The translations under genes and the position numbers were made by a program. Below the pieces are notes generated by a model that saw only the letters and a program-made list of their open reading frames with translations, made no database searches and was not told the DNA's origin. Positions 1 through 12,142 of a DNA stretch of 64,000 nt are shown here, piece after piece (the first letter of the stretch is position 1; each line of letters begins with the position of its first letter). This DNA comes from Bigelowiella natans CCMP2755 (Eukaryota > Protista > Cercozoa), in assembly GCA_000320545.1 (NCBI GenBank), contig ADNK01002953.1, positions 1-64,000 on the forward strand. Reading direction: 5' to 3'.

Positions 1-89
1 TACTACTCTACTTCGTCTCTCTCTCCCCCCCCCCCCCCCCCTCTCCCTCCTTTCTCGGCGTCCGTTCTGTCGCCCTCATCAATTCTAAG

Positions 90-499
90 GACGGCAATGG
101 TAAAATCGGCGTGAGCGAGTTCATCCACGTCGCAGAGGATCACTTGCTGCTCATGGTAATGAGCTCCAGCTCGCAAGGCGATGGCAGAGCCGTTGTCATT
201 TATTTATCTACTCATATTCCTCATCATTCTTACCTCCTCTGATGTGGCGGTGTGTAGAATGATGCAGCGAGACTCTGCTCACACGCGCACTTTTCTAATG
301 CCGTCATTGTGATGCGGATGCATGCATGCTACTACAGGGTGCGATGGCAGACTACGAAGCTGCGTTCAACTCAATTGACACAGATGGCGACGGGATTATC
401 ACGACGGATCAGGCATGCAATGCACGCTCTCAACTGCGCAATTAAAAGCAGCATTACCGCCTTTCTCTCCCTCGTCCCCCGACCCCTTTTCTCCCTCCC

Positions 500-546
<47 letters not shown>

Positions 547-763
547 CTTCCTCTCTCTCACGCATATACAACTCACTACGCAGGTAACCACACTCGCTCG
601 CAGCCTGAATCACACGGTTATCGAAGCAGAGCTCACGTCGGCCATGGCGATGTTCGGCGACGGAAAGTCGGTGAGCCTTGCAGGCTTCCTCGGCCTCGCG
701 CACTCGCACTTCTATGAGCTCAAGGTGATGATCTTGCCGCTGAGATAGCTGCTGCCCGTGATC

Positions 764-794
<31 letters not shown>

Positions 795-1314
795 GATGGT
801 GATGATAAGCATAGCTGCTGCTGCTGCTGTTACTGGCATCATCATTATCTGCTGCTGCTGCTGTTACTGGCATCATCATTATCATCCCATCATCATCATC
901 ATCACTTGGGCGTCGTGTGTCTTGTTTGTGCTTTCTAATCTCAATCGTGCCGTCTGTTCTATGTCTAGCCTTCCTCCACCCATCCACCCATCCACCCATC
1001 CACCCATCCACCCATCCACCCATCCACCTATCCACCTATCCACCCATCCACCCATCCACCCATCCACCACAGGAGCTCTTAGACTACTTGGGAATTCCGA
1101 CTTCCAGCACCAGATCGTTGGAGTACCTACCTGCCGGGCAGCTCTCGTCTGATGAAATTAAAAGGTTGTTGGAAAAGGGGGGGGTGGGGCGGAGGAGGGG
1201 TATAATGAAGACGCCAAAAACAGTTGGTGGAGAGCGGGCGATGTATATGACGTGGAACTATCGGCTGAGTGACATTCCGTGCCGATGTTGTTGGTTTTGC
1301 GCTGTTGCTGTTGC

Positions 1315-1347
<33 letters not shown>

Positions 1348-1467
1348 GGTCCATGTTGCCATCTAGGATCGGGGAGACATGGAAAGAACGCCGCTCAAGG
1401 CTGTGTAGCACGAACATGCGGTAGTGCATCGCTCGTATGTGGGAAATGCATGTCTACATGTACGCGT

Positions 1468-1502
<35 letters not shown>

Positions 1503-1925
1503 ATATGTATAATACGCATATGGCATAAGAGCACCATGGGAAATGGGAGAGAATTGGACAAATGCGTGTGCGATTACAGGACTACGAAGGAATCGATAAT
1601 GCACGATCTTAAGCAACAGCCCCTCCCCCTCCCCACTTCCTCTCCTGACCTCCTTTCTTGTGATTACCTAGGGAGGAGCTGTGCGAATTAATCATGATGA
1701 GCAATTCAGGTGCGGTTTTTTGGAGGGGTTTCCTTTGGAAGAAACAGTGAAGTTTAGATGCGGTAGTAGAAGGTAGCAGTGCGCTGAATCAATCGTCAGA
1801 AGCAAACACCCTCCACGTCGAGCACGTATTGAGCAAAACGATGCGCTGACGACAGGTTTAGCCCCTTTCTCCAATGTGGACAAGGCTGCCAACGTGGCGC
1901 CTGCGGACGAGTACGTGAAACATAT

Positions 1926-1966
<41 letters not shown>

Positions 1967-3813
1967 GATATATGCACACACATGTACAAGACGATCTCTT
2001 TGACACACGCACGCACGCACACGTACGTGAAAACTCATCCAAGGTTCAAAGGGAGCAGCAGCATCTTCAATGACCTGTCGTCGAAGGCTGACCCAGTAAT
2101 CCAATCGTTCCGTGTGAGAGGGCTCGAAGGGAAACTGCCCGGTGTGTGGTCTACTTGCCGCTGCTGCTGCTTGCATTCTGTTTGATGAAAGTTGATATGC
2201 GAGAATATCGTCGTGTGATGTTCATCGTCGGCTGGCTAGCAATACAGTTGTTTTGTTGGCCAATGGTTTCGCTGTTGGGGTCAGTAGTCGTTGCTAGCGA
2301 AACTGCTGTAAAACCTTTCCGATAAACAATCTTTTCTCGGGATCGCGTTTGTTTGTTGTGAGATAGATCGTCGCCAGGATCATCAACATTAGCCTATCAA
2401 TCTTATCATCATTATTGTCATCATTGTCATCATCATGATTGATACATCCATGTAAATGATTCTCTAACCCCCCCCCTCCCCCCCTTTTGCATACATGTGC
2501 CTCGACGGCGGTGACAAACAATCATCATCCCAGCACTGGAAGAATCGAGGGAGAAGAAGAAATCCTCCTCGTCCTCATCGTGGTTCAGCTTTCCCCTCTT
2601 TGGCGACTCATCGTCGTCATCTTCAACAAAAAAGGTTGATTGTGTACTACACTCCTCCACCTCCTCCTCCCCCTCCTTCTCCCCATTATCTAACCATTTC
2701 TGTCTACATTACTAGTGGGGGACCGTGCACGAAATACAATCGGAGGAAGAATTAGATCAAATCCTCATGGTATTATCGCGAGCAATCTCACTATCTCTAC
2801 TGTGTGTATGCGTGTGTGCGTGTATATGCTGCGTGATCAGATGATATCATCATCATCATTAGTAGTGGTAGTAGCGGTAGTGGTAGTTGTGGTAGTAAGC
2901 GTAGCTGCACACAAGATGGGGGACCACGACCACGCCATTGCAACACAAAACGCATTTACTCTTTTCTCCGTCTTCATCGTGAGAAGATGATGATAAATAA
3001 TGACGATGATGATAATGATGATGATGACAATAATGCCTGAAGGAGTATTATTATATGACTTTTAGGAGGATCTTAGTCAGACGGTTGTATTGGAGTGTAC
3101 CTTCACCTGGTGCAGGGCGTGTAAGGTGGTTTCCACATCATCATCAATATAACCAATAGAAAGTGCTTTCATCACCAGTAGGAATTTAGAGCACCGCAGC
3201 CGCTCGCTCGCTCCCCCCTACAGGATTCGACCAGCAGATCTCTATCCAAAAAAAGAAAAAACGAAAATTACATCAAACAAAGTGTTACACTACTCCGTAC
3301 AAAAACCACAACTTTTCACAACTGATCCCTACCAACATATATGCGCGTCAGTCTTTCTCGAGAAAGTACGATAAGTGGGCGGCGTTATATCCGAAAGTGC
3401 GCTTCTTAAAAGCGGTTGGGAACCTGAATGAGAGCAGCAAGCGGCTGTGCAAGGAGCGCCTTGGCGTCACGTTCGCACCTGTGTTCTTCACCTTCCGTGG
3501 TGGCAGAATCTTGGCGACGCATAGAGGTAACAGTCTATGATTCTTACACATTAATGTTCTCTGCTGTGTGTGCGTTGCTCTCCTACCCCCCCATCTCTAT
3601 CCCTAGAGCATGCATGTCAACATGTATTTTGAGTGTGTTTACGTGTGCGATCAGTAAAATTTAACCTCCACGATGGGCTACTGTGAAAAGGGAATGTGAA
3701 TCTTATATGAATATTGTTGTCCCAATGTGTGCACGAATGAATGATTAGGAATCAACGAAAACCAATTTAGAGACTTCCTCAGGGCGGATCTTAGACCCGA
3801 GGAAATTCCATGA
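90..3813 (+). CDS. Calredoxin-like protein (EF-hands + C-terminal thioredoxin domain), 5' end outside window
   Basis: Phase-consistent exons 90-155, 338-412, 584-724, 1073-1164, 1367-1420, 1672-1709, 1862-1910, 2044-2141, 2534-2634, 2716-2769, 3066-3125, 3352-3526, 3749-3813. EF loops [11 protein letters not shown] and [12 protein letters not shown]. Trx domain [117 protein letters not shown] resembles green-algal calredoxin as I recall it. Confidence 0.88.
975..1068 (+). repeat. (CCACCCAT)n tandem repeat in calredoxin intron
   Basis: About 11 units of CCACCCAT/CCACCTAT just before the acceptor at 1071-1072. Confidence 0.9.
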
Positions 3814-3960
3814 AAAACAAGAAGAAATGAGCAAAAAACCTAACGACTTGTAGCATGCACACGCACTTCTATATCCGCTTGCTTGCATGTTCTGTGAACT
3901 CAAATTAGCAACTAGCAAAAGTGCATTGTATGACCCAATGTCTCATTTGCCAAAATTAGA

Positions 3961-4817
3961 TGCAATCAAAATTGAACGTTGTTGTGCAATTGCCAAGTGT
4001 GAGTTGGGCGGGTGAAAGGGGCAGGATTTGTTTTGCTGTGGGATGTTCACTGAACACGAAGACTTCTAGATCTCATTCTGCAGTCATTTTTGACATCGCA
4101 CACCCGAGCCCTTTCATTTTCACGCTCAAGCAGCGTGTTGCAATTGGACACCGTGCGGTCTGCATTGGCTGGACAAGCGCTTCGCAAAGTGCAGCGTGAC
4201 CATGTGGCACTGCGAAGACGAACGTGCTGCGCACAGAGCTAGCCATGTAGCCAGAGAGGCGCGCGTGCATCGCATCACATGTGGCACATCGCCGTCGCAT
4301 CAGAAACATGCGCATTGCACACACACAACGCGTGTGCGTTCACACCTCACCAGCACGAAATTGCGATCGCGCGCTGCAATTTGTTTTCACCGCGTGCATT
4401 GAGTGACAAACGAGTGGGCGAAGAGATTCCAATGGTCCGCAGCAGCTGCTCGTTTTGGTTTCTCTGAACGAACGAGTGAAGCACTTTCAAGGAGACCGAC
4501 GAACGAGTGAATGGCTGAACGAAGCACTTTCGCAGTGCCTGACCTGAAGAAAGGTTCACAGGACGTGCTGACTCACTTGGGCCTCCCCGATCAGCTGTCA
4601 ACGAACGAACAAATTTGTTCTGTTGAAGGAATTGATGAACATGCTCAATGAGTGCACAATGAGGAGCAAATTGTGACGAGCGCTTGCGCTGTTTTTCCAC
4701 CACTAGCTAGCTAGTCCGTGACAAGCACTCGATGCGTGTGTGTCAACTTCATTGTGCACAAAACACATGAACAAACATCATCGCGCAAAAAACTCTCACT
4801 CACTCAGCATCCGCTTG
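3961..4817. other. TpA-depleted intergenic block
   Basis: Hand count: 6 TA in about 860 bp, all TAG (5 CTAG, 1 GTAG); CpG abundant. Confidence 0.9.
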
Positions 4818-5007
4818 TAAACGGAATCCCTGTGCTGTGCTGCGACAATGCATTTGTCGGTTTCCAACGCCTCAAATCCCCTTTGTTCATTTCGTAGTTT
4901 GTTCTGCTTCCCTGCCTTTTTGTCAGGGGTTCGGGTTTTTCCTCTTCTCAATCTTTCATTGGGACCCGCTGCCTAGTTCCTCGAGGTGCCTGTCCAGTGC
5001 GCTGACA

Positions 5008-6474
5008 ATGAGCAAAGCCCGTGCGTTTTGGCAAAACCTAGAGAAAAAGTCTTCCACAGGTCCCCTACCTCGGAGGCGCTTCCGAAGTCTGTAATCCATC
5101 ATTTTGTCGCCATTCATTGGGATGAGTCCCCTCTCCATGGTTTAGGGAAGCCCAAATACGATGTCAAGGAGCGAGTGTTTTCAAATTCAAACAAGGTGGA
5201 GAAATCTGAAGCATCTTATCAACGTGAGCTGGACATCAAGGTAGTGTCGTCAACCTAGGCTTTCACTCTCACAATGAACAATGAACAATGAACAAAGCGT
5301 TGATCAAATCTACATGCGCCAGAACCACCCAACATCGCTCTTGAATTTTTCCACATGAGTGTTCAGGATTCATCCCAGTCAGAGATATCTATAAAACCTA
5401 TGACGGTTAAGAAGCTTGAGAGTGAACCCTTGCCAAACAAAAATGTCGCCGAAAACATTGTTGAGGAAGAACTGGAAAAGACGAAGGGGGAGGTGGATCT
5501 TTCTGTTGAGGAGAGTGCGATTCAAGGAGGGGAAAATAGAGAAGATGACAAAAAGATGAGGGAGGGGAAACGAACTAATTTACCTCAGCAGGAAGACCAT
5601 TCGAATACAGGAAAGTTGATGAAAAATGAGGAAGGCCGGCAGAAGAGTGAAGCTCTCCCAGTGGAACAGGACACACAGAAAGGAGAAGAATTCGGAACTG
5701 AAAAACCGTCATCACCCTATTTACCAGAATCCACTGCCTTCCAAAATGATGAAAGCCAGAAAGCTGAAATTAAAGGCGACAGTCATAATTTTGCTCCTTA
5801 TGATAGCTCATATGTGCACAATGGGATTATATGTGACGGCGAAGAATGCAAGGCAGCGAGGGCAGGGAAGGAGTATGATCTCGGTTCCATCCTGGATAAG
5901 ACCAGGTTTATCAAGGGCATACGGTGGTCTTGTCGAAGTAAAGGAAAAGATTTTTGCGAGAAATGTTACGGTAAACTTAGTGTCAAGGAGAAGGAGGGCT
6001 TCGAATCCGCGACGCGTACAATTCGATGCAAATACTGCAACAAAAACTTTACAAACCGGGCCGAGGTAGTCTATCAATTCGAATGCTACAGAGAAATCTG
6101 CTTCATAACTTCGTTTAGTCCCCCATGGCGTCATGCATCTCTTCTTTTCATAGACAACGATCCATGAAGAGGGGGTCAACTGCAAGGACAAAAATAATAC
6201 ATTGAAGGTAATCGTGAAATCATTAAGTCGAAATCTAAATTGTTCACGGCATGTGTCTTCTACCGTTGCTACTGGTTTCTCACTTTTATCGGCTTGGGCT
6301 GTCGATAGGAACTTACGGCAGCACTTGAAAAGGCTCGCCTAACGTCATATGATGCGAAGAAGCTCTTCAAAGTCGTTGGGTTGAAGCTTCCTACCCTCAT
6401 TCTCAGCGAGGATGACAATGAAGAACTCCTCACGAAGGTTTATTACCGTACGGTGAATGAGTTCGCGCGCGCGC

Positions 6475-6508
<34 letters not shown>

Positions 6509-6835
6509 ATGAAGCATAAAGATAAAAAGAGAATGCTGAGGAGGGGATTACCACACACATATAACTACGCTTAAGAAACTAGATTGTGTGCATTTAAGAC
6601 TTATTGTCATCACCTCTTCCTGCTGCTGTACCAAATCAAATTGGTGAAAAAGCTCTTGATAGAAGCTGGGATGAAGAAAGGCCATGCGGCACGGATGAAG
6701 AGGCAACTGTTGGCTGCGAAGGTAATGTGATGATGCTCCGTTTTTCCTTCATCATCGTCATCGCCTATGCTAGATGCCATATAAAATTCGAAAAATAATC
6801 ATTGCTTATGTACTAAACCTAGAACTACGGCTATA

Positions 6836-6872
<37 letters not shown>

Positions 6873-7377
6873 ACTACTACATCTCCCGACTACAGCAACT
6901 CAATATAATCATCCAACTCACTCGTCTCACTGGCCCATTCCTTCTAAGGGCCAAATAGGACAGGAGTTTCTCGATATATGGCTTCGAATCTTTGAAGCTG
7001 CTGGAGGAAGGTGTTGCCCTTGCAACTACGACTACACCACTGCTGCTGCTACTACTACTACTACTACTACTACTGTGATGTCGACGCGAATGATGCCGGT
7101 GCTGATTACCGATGCTTTGTGACGGTGTCCCGTCAGCGACGATGAGGAAGTAGGTCCAACAGACTTCAAGACAGTTCTGGCATCGATGACGGCAAAGGCA
7201 AGCAAAGCCGTATTTGCTGGATATTTCTCAAAGATGGTGGAGCAGATGTATGTGAGACCGTGGATTGATGAGGCACATATGAGCGTAGATGGTTTCATGC
7301 CGCCTTTTCCATTCCAATAGCTGCTGAATATCCTCCTAAAAGTGTTATGCTCCTTGATGGAACAACACCGAGAAGGG

Positions 7378-7418
<41 letters not shown>

Positions 7419-8009
7419 TGACATGGTTGTTCTCTATTCCTAATGCTTCAAACGCGTGCCGTTCCTCATCACATTCCTCCCCATACCCCCTCTCTCAAGA
7501 GCTAACGGAGAGACTGGATTTATGCCCTGGACGGATCACAGCAAGCCTTTCAAAATCAATATGAATGTAGTTACAAGTTGGATGATGCTAGTTTTGATGT
7601 GATTCTGGCCTCTTCTACTACTGCTCCTCTTCTATCACTGCTCCATGTCTCACATGTCATCATGTCACATTCAAGTTAGAGCCGTCGTGGCCGTTGTGCT
7701 AGATTCATCAAAATGAATGGCCAGAGAACTCTTCTTCCAACAAAATTAACTACTCAGAAATGGATGGATGCGGGAATTGCAATCGAACAGGAAATCGGAG
7801 TAGCTTCTTCCGTGCTGGATGGGATCCGAACGTAAGCATAGTCGCTAAGTTACAGCCTCCTTGCTGCCATGTGTTTGCATTGTAGGTAGTGAAACAAACA
7901 CTACGTTCACTTTCTGTGCTCTCATTTGATTCACATTGTTTAACATCGCATGTTGTGCGTGCTGTGATGTGATGTGACCATGTTCCTCAGGGCTACTGAG
8001 GATTTGTAA
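5008..8009 (+). CDS. Multi-exon protein with acidic low-complexity region, ZZ-like zinc finger, C2HC-type finger and SAM-like helix
   Basis: ATG 5008 (MSKARAFWQNLEKK). Large exon from 5367 with HNGIICDGEEC...IKGIRWSCRSKGKDFCEKCY (ZZ-like). Spliced CKYCNKNFTNRAE|TTIHEEGVNC. LLIEAGMKKGHAARMKRQL near 6652-6721 (SAM-like). Probable last exon 7991-8009 (ATEDL*). Exons at 7300-7570 not resolved. Confidence 0.6.
5271..5330 (-). mobile_element. Short retroposon-like 3' end (family B) with (TTCATTG)n tail, inside an intron
   Basis: Minus strand GTGGTTCTGGCGCATGTAGATTTGATCAACGCTT followed by TTCATTG repeats; same core at 9085-9118. Confidence 0.55.
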
Positions 8010-8040
8010 CTTCACAAAGGAGATTGCATGGTTTTCTGTG

Positions 8041-8121
8041 ATGCAAGAAACTTGTGATCAAAGTTCCAGGCATGCGACCATCGACTGCCCCCTCCCCCCC
8101 TAGCCCCCCCCCCCTCTTTGC

Positions 8122-8166
<45 letters not shown>

Positions 8167-9518
8167 TGCAGCGCACAAATCCGACAGACATGCGCATTGC
8201 TAGATTGAAGAACTGCGTTGCGTGCGGAACAAACGCATGCAGAGAAAAATCATGGATGTGTGACAAGTGCAAACTGTTGAGTGTCCAAGTCAGTCTAGCC
8301 CAAACTAGCTAGCTAGCAAGGTCATTCATGGAGGCAACATGCAAACTTGCTGGGAAGGCCAAACGCAGCTTGATTGATGTGCTGGAACAAACTCAACTTC
8401 GCATTGGATGATCATTTGGCTGCTTGGAGTCACTGTCTAGCTGTGTGCCCAATGACCTCTTGCCACGTAGCTTGGGAGACAAGCATTGTGCGTTGCACGT
8501 GGGTTTTCGCACTCCGGGCACAAATCCTCTGGAGGGCTTGGACTCCAGCTGTTCATCACTCTCACTTCACACTGCGTGTCTGAAATGCTGCACACAGCAA
8601 TGAAACACACGAACGTGAATGAACACGAAAACGTCGCTAGCTCTTGTTTGTTGTCCTGTGCCAGTGTGGTTCACACGTCAGAGAAGAAACCTGTTCAGAC
8701 TTGCAGGCTCGCTTTCGTCTGACCATGCATGGAACAGAAGAAGACAAGAAGAAGAACAAGAACGGAAATGATGAGATTTGAAGTGAAATGTGAGAATGCC
8801 TGTCCTCCGAAGGAAACCGACGTTCACGGCAGAATGTTGACACGTGCGCAAGTTTCCAACCTTCCCCACGGACGCGGTGTTCCTGCTGAAAAAAACAAAC
8901 AAAAAACGTGAGGATGGACTGCATTTCCAAAATGCCGCAAGGCGTTTGCACGTTTGCAATGTGCGAAACGCAATGCCTCGAACTAGCTTCAGTGAGGACC
9001 AACTGGTGAAACCAGCAGGATTTGAAAATTGGTGATCTGGCCATTCCAGCATTGTGATGATGATGATGATGATGATGATGATTGAAGCATTGATCAAAAT
9101 CACATGCGCCAAAACCACACGTGCGTGAACAATGAACAATGAATGAATGAACAATGAACAATGAACAATGAACAATGACAACAAACCACATTTCCAAAAT
9201 GCAACAAGACACTTGCAGTGCACGAAACGCAGTGCCTCGAGCTAAACCCAGCGAGGTCCAATTTTGGGCATGACGCCATGACAATGCTGCAACGTTCGCC
9301 ACGAACACGTGTTGGCTCATGCACAAAGTGAAACAAAAAGGAACCAAGAATGGCATTCTAGCCACTCCTCCGTTCCTAGTTTCATTGTCTTTTGTGCATG
9401 ATCTTTGCCAACTGACCACGCACCCCTGAATCCTGCCGTGATGGTTTGCTCATGCAATGAACTTGATGATGGACACAATGACCATGCCAGACGAGGATTT
9501 TGAGCCTGCGACACCGGT
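8041..9518. other. TpA-depleted intergenic block
   Basis: Hand count: 13 TA in about 1480 bp (11 CTAG, 1 GTAG, 1 CTAA); CpG abundant. Confidence 0.92.
8890..9260 (-). mobile_element. Head-to-tail cluster of truncated retroposon-like ends (A 9260-9126, B 9120-9053, A 9040-8890)
   Basis: Family A core GAGGCAYTGCGTTTCG..TGCAA..TTTGGAAATG occurs twice, followed by a (TTCATTG)n or T-rich tail. Family B core is followed by an (ATC)n tail. Family A recurs at 42935-43077. Confidence 0.6.
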
Positions 9519-9702
9519 TAAGGGCCTGCACCCATCCCAAAAAGCGGCGACTAGTAAAGCGACATGGAAATGTTAGCAAGTCTCATGTGCAAAACCGCAT
9601 CTGTTCAGTCCAAAATCGGAAGAATCCCGCGTGGGGACAGGTGTAGACACCCTACGAAACGAAAGGAAGAATATCTCCACAGTTCAAAGAACCCCCTTCG
9701 GA

Positions 9703-11242
9703 ATGTCCGCGTCGAGCTCACCAGGAGGTGCTGTAGAGGGATGGCTTTACAAACGTGGAGCTATCAATACCTCCTATCAAAAGCGATACTTCAAGCTGAG
9801 AGATCAAAAGCAGCTTGATTACTACGACACCTTTGGCTCGCTGAAGGGGGTTATCCCGCTTAAGGGCTCGACTCTCATCCCGGATAAACAAGAAAACGAG
9901 GCACATGGGTACACTCTCGGGTACAAATTATACGGAAGTATAAATGCTATCTTACTCTTGTCATATTTTCAGGTTCCAGATTCAACCTGTAAGTGTGTCG
10001 CGCGTTTATCGCCTCAAGGCTGCGAACCTTAACACGTGGAAAGTATGATTCACCCTTTTTACCACTTGCCAACTGAAGCTGGTCCACTGCCCCTTATATT
10101 CCTCTCTACTTTTCTCCTTATATTCTGTTCTCTTCCCCTTCATTTTCCTCTTCCTTCTCATCCGTAACGTTAGTACTGGGTGGGGGCGATTCAACGCTGC
10201 CCCGGCGTCTCGGTGCTGAGCCGATCCCAGATATCACCCGTCGAGCCACCATCACCAACCGTTCCGCCTCAGAGTCCGCCTAGACGTGCATCAACGCAGC
10301 AGCAGCAGCAGCAGCAGCGGCAAGTGCCAAAACAACCAGAAATGCAAATAGCACCCCCTATGTCAAACGATGAATTCTTAAAGAAGATTAAGAATGGAGC
10401 GGACCCCTCCCCTTTCGACAAACTACCGAACCCGGCGATCATCTCGGCCGCCCGTGCAAATAGACTGGACATTGTGAAGGCGCTCGTTGAGGCCAAGGTG
10501 TCCGTCAATCGACAATCGGAGAAGAAGTCCTCACCGCTCACAGCGGCGGGGATGCGCGGATTCGAGGACACGGTGAGATATCTGATCGAGAAGAAGGCTA
10601 ATGTCAACAGTGCAACCACTGACAACGACACACCCCTTTCACTTGCTGTGTGGAAGAACCACGTTACGACCGCGCTGATGCTCATGCAAGCGAAGGCAGA
10701 TTGCTCTCGGGTTGACAGGTTCGGGGACACCGTTCTCATTGACGCCGCAAAAGGAGGCAGCCCACGGCTAGTACGCGCTCTGATCGCTACTAAGAAGCTC
10801 AAACTAGACCACAGTAACAACGACGGCTTGACACCCCTTTTGTGCGCCGCCATGAATAACCACCAGGAGGTTGCGAAGATTTTCCTCGAGGCCAAGGCCG
10901 ACCCCGACATCCCCAACCGCGATGGCGCCACGGCTCTGATTATCGCGGCGTCGAGAGGGCTGAAGGACATGTGCAGCATTCTACTGGCTGGGGGAGCAAA
11001 TCCAAGAATTGTCACTCAGACGGGGGTGTGGGCAGGTTCGGCAGCACAGCTAAACTGCCGAACTTTGTTTGCTGGAATTCAGCCTGCCAACACGCCGGCT
11101 GTTCGCAAGCAGCAGGACCCGGCAACCCTCATTGCCCCCCCCCACAGCGACGAGGCATTCTTGAAGATGCTGCAGGACGGCCAGGAGATATTGTCCGACC
11201 AGTGGAGGTGCTTTCCTCCTCCTCTTCTTTCGCTTCAACACA

Positions 11243-11279
<37 letters not shown>

Positions 11280-12110
11280 GACACACACCTCCAACATCAT
11301 CAGGTTTGGAGAGAACCGGGAGCGGCCGCTGATTCGAGCATGCCGTGCGAACAAGCTCCACATGGTGAAGGCCGTCATCAAGGCCAAAGGTGATCCCAAC
11401 GAGCGCAACAACAAGGGTGTGCCCCCCATCCATGCGGCGGCGATGCGTGGCTTCCTCCCCATCGTGCAGTTCCTCGTCAAGGAGCAGAAAGTGGACGTGG
11501 ACGCGACGAACAAGAACGGCGACTCCGCCCTGTCGCTGGCATGCTGGAAGAATCACGCCTCCACGGCCATCTTCCTGATCGACAGCAAGGCCAACGTGGA
11601 GCGCGTAGACAGCTTCGGCGACACCGTCCTCCTCGACGCCGCGAAGAATGGTTCCCCCTCCCTCGTCGAGAAGCTCGTGAATACCGGGCGCCTGAGCCTC
11701 GACCACCGCAACCGGGAGAGGAAGACGGCGCTCATCAACGCGGTTGAGTCGCCGGTGACGACGCGGGCCTCAGAGGCCGATGCGGTGGCGACGGTGAAGA
11801 TTCTCCTGGACGCCAAGGCCAATCCGAACGAGGAGCTCGATGATTCGGGGCTCAGCGTGCTCATGGTGGCGGCCCGGCAGGGGGGTAAGGACATTTGTGA
11901 GGCGCTGCTCGCGGCGCGTGCGAACCCCAACCACCAGAACAAGATGGGCAATGACGTCCTCTCGGTGGCAAGTCCTCAGGTGAGGAACATCTTCCTCCGG
12001 ATGCGGCTCAAAAGGCAAAACAGCTTTGAAATTGATGAGGAACGCCCTTGGAAATCCCTCACCGAGCTGAAGGAGGCAATCGAGTACGGAGCAACGAGAG
12101 CAGTAGTAGC

Positions 12111-12142
<32 letters not shown>

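Noticed and set aside
8637-9419. 260-aa and 181-aa His/Cys-rich ORFs (similar ones at 4.0-4.7, 43.0-43.5 and 49.0-50.0 kb)
   Set aside because: TpA depletion removes TAA and most TAG stops and all Tyr codons, inflating ORF length; no domain similarity visible.
8041-9518. CpG methylation decay or classical RIP as the cause of the CA/TG excess
   Set aside because: CpG remains abundant and TpA is the missing dinucleotide; RIP would increase TpA.
9973-9988. Apparent 16-nt micro-exon ending at GTAAGT
   Set aside because: Reading through to 10042 completes the PH domain (VSVSRVYRLKAAN...WK), so the GTAAGT is probably coding.
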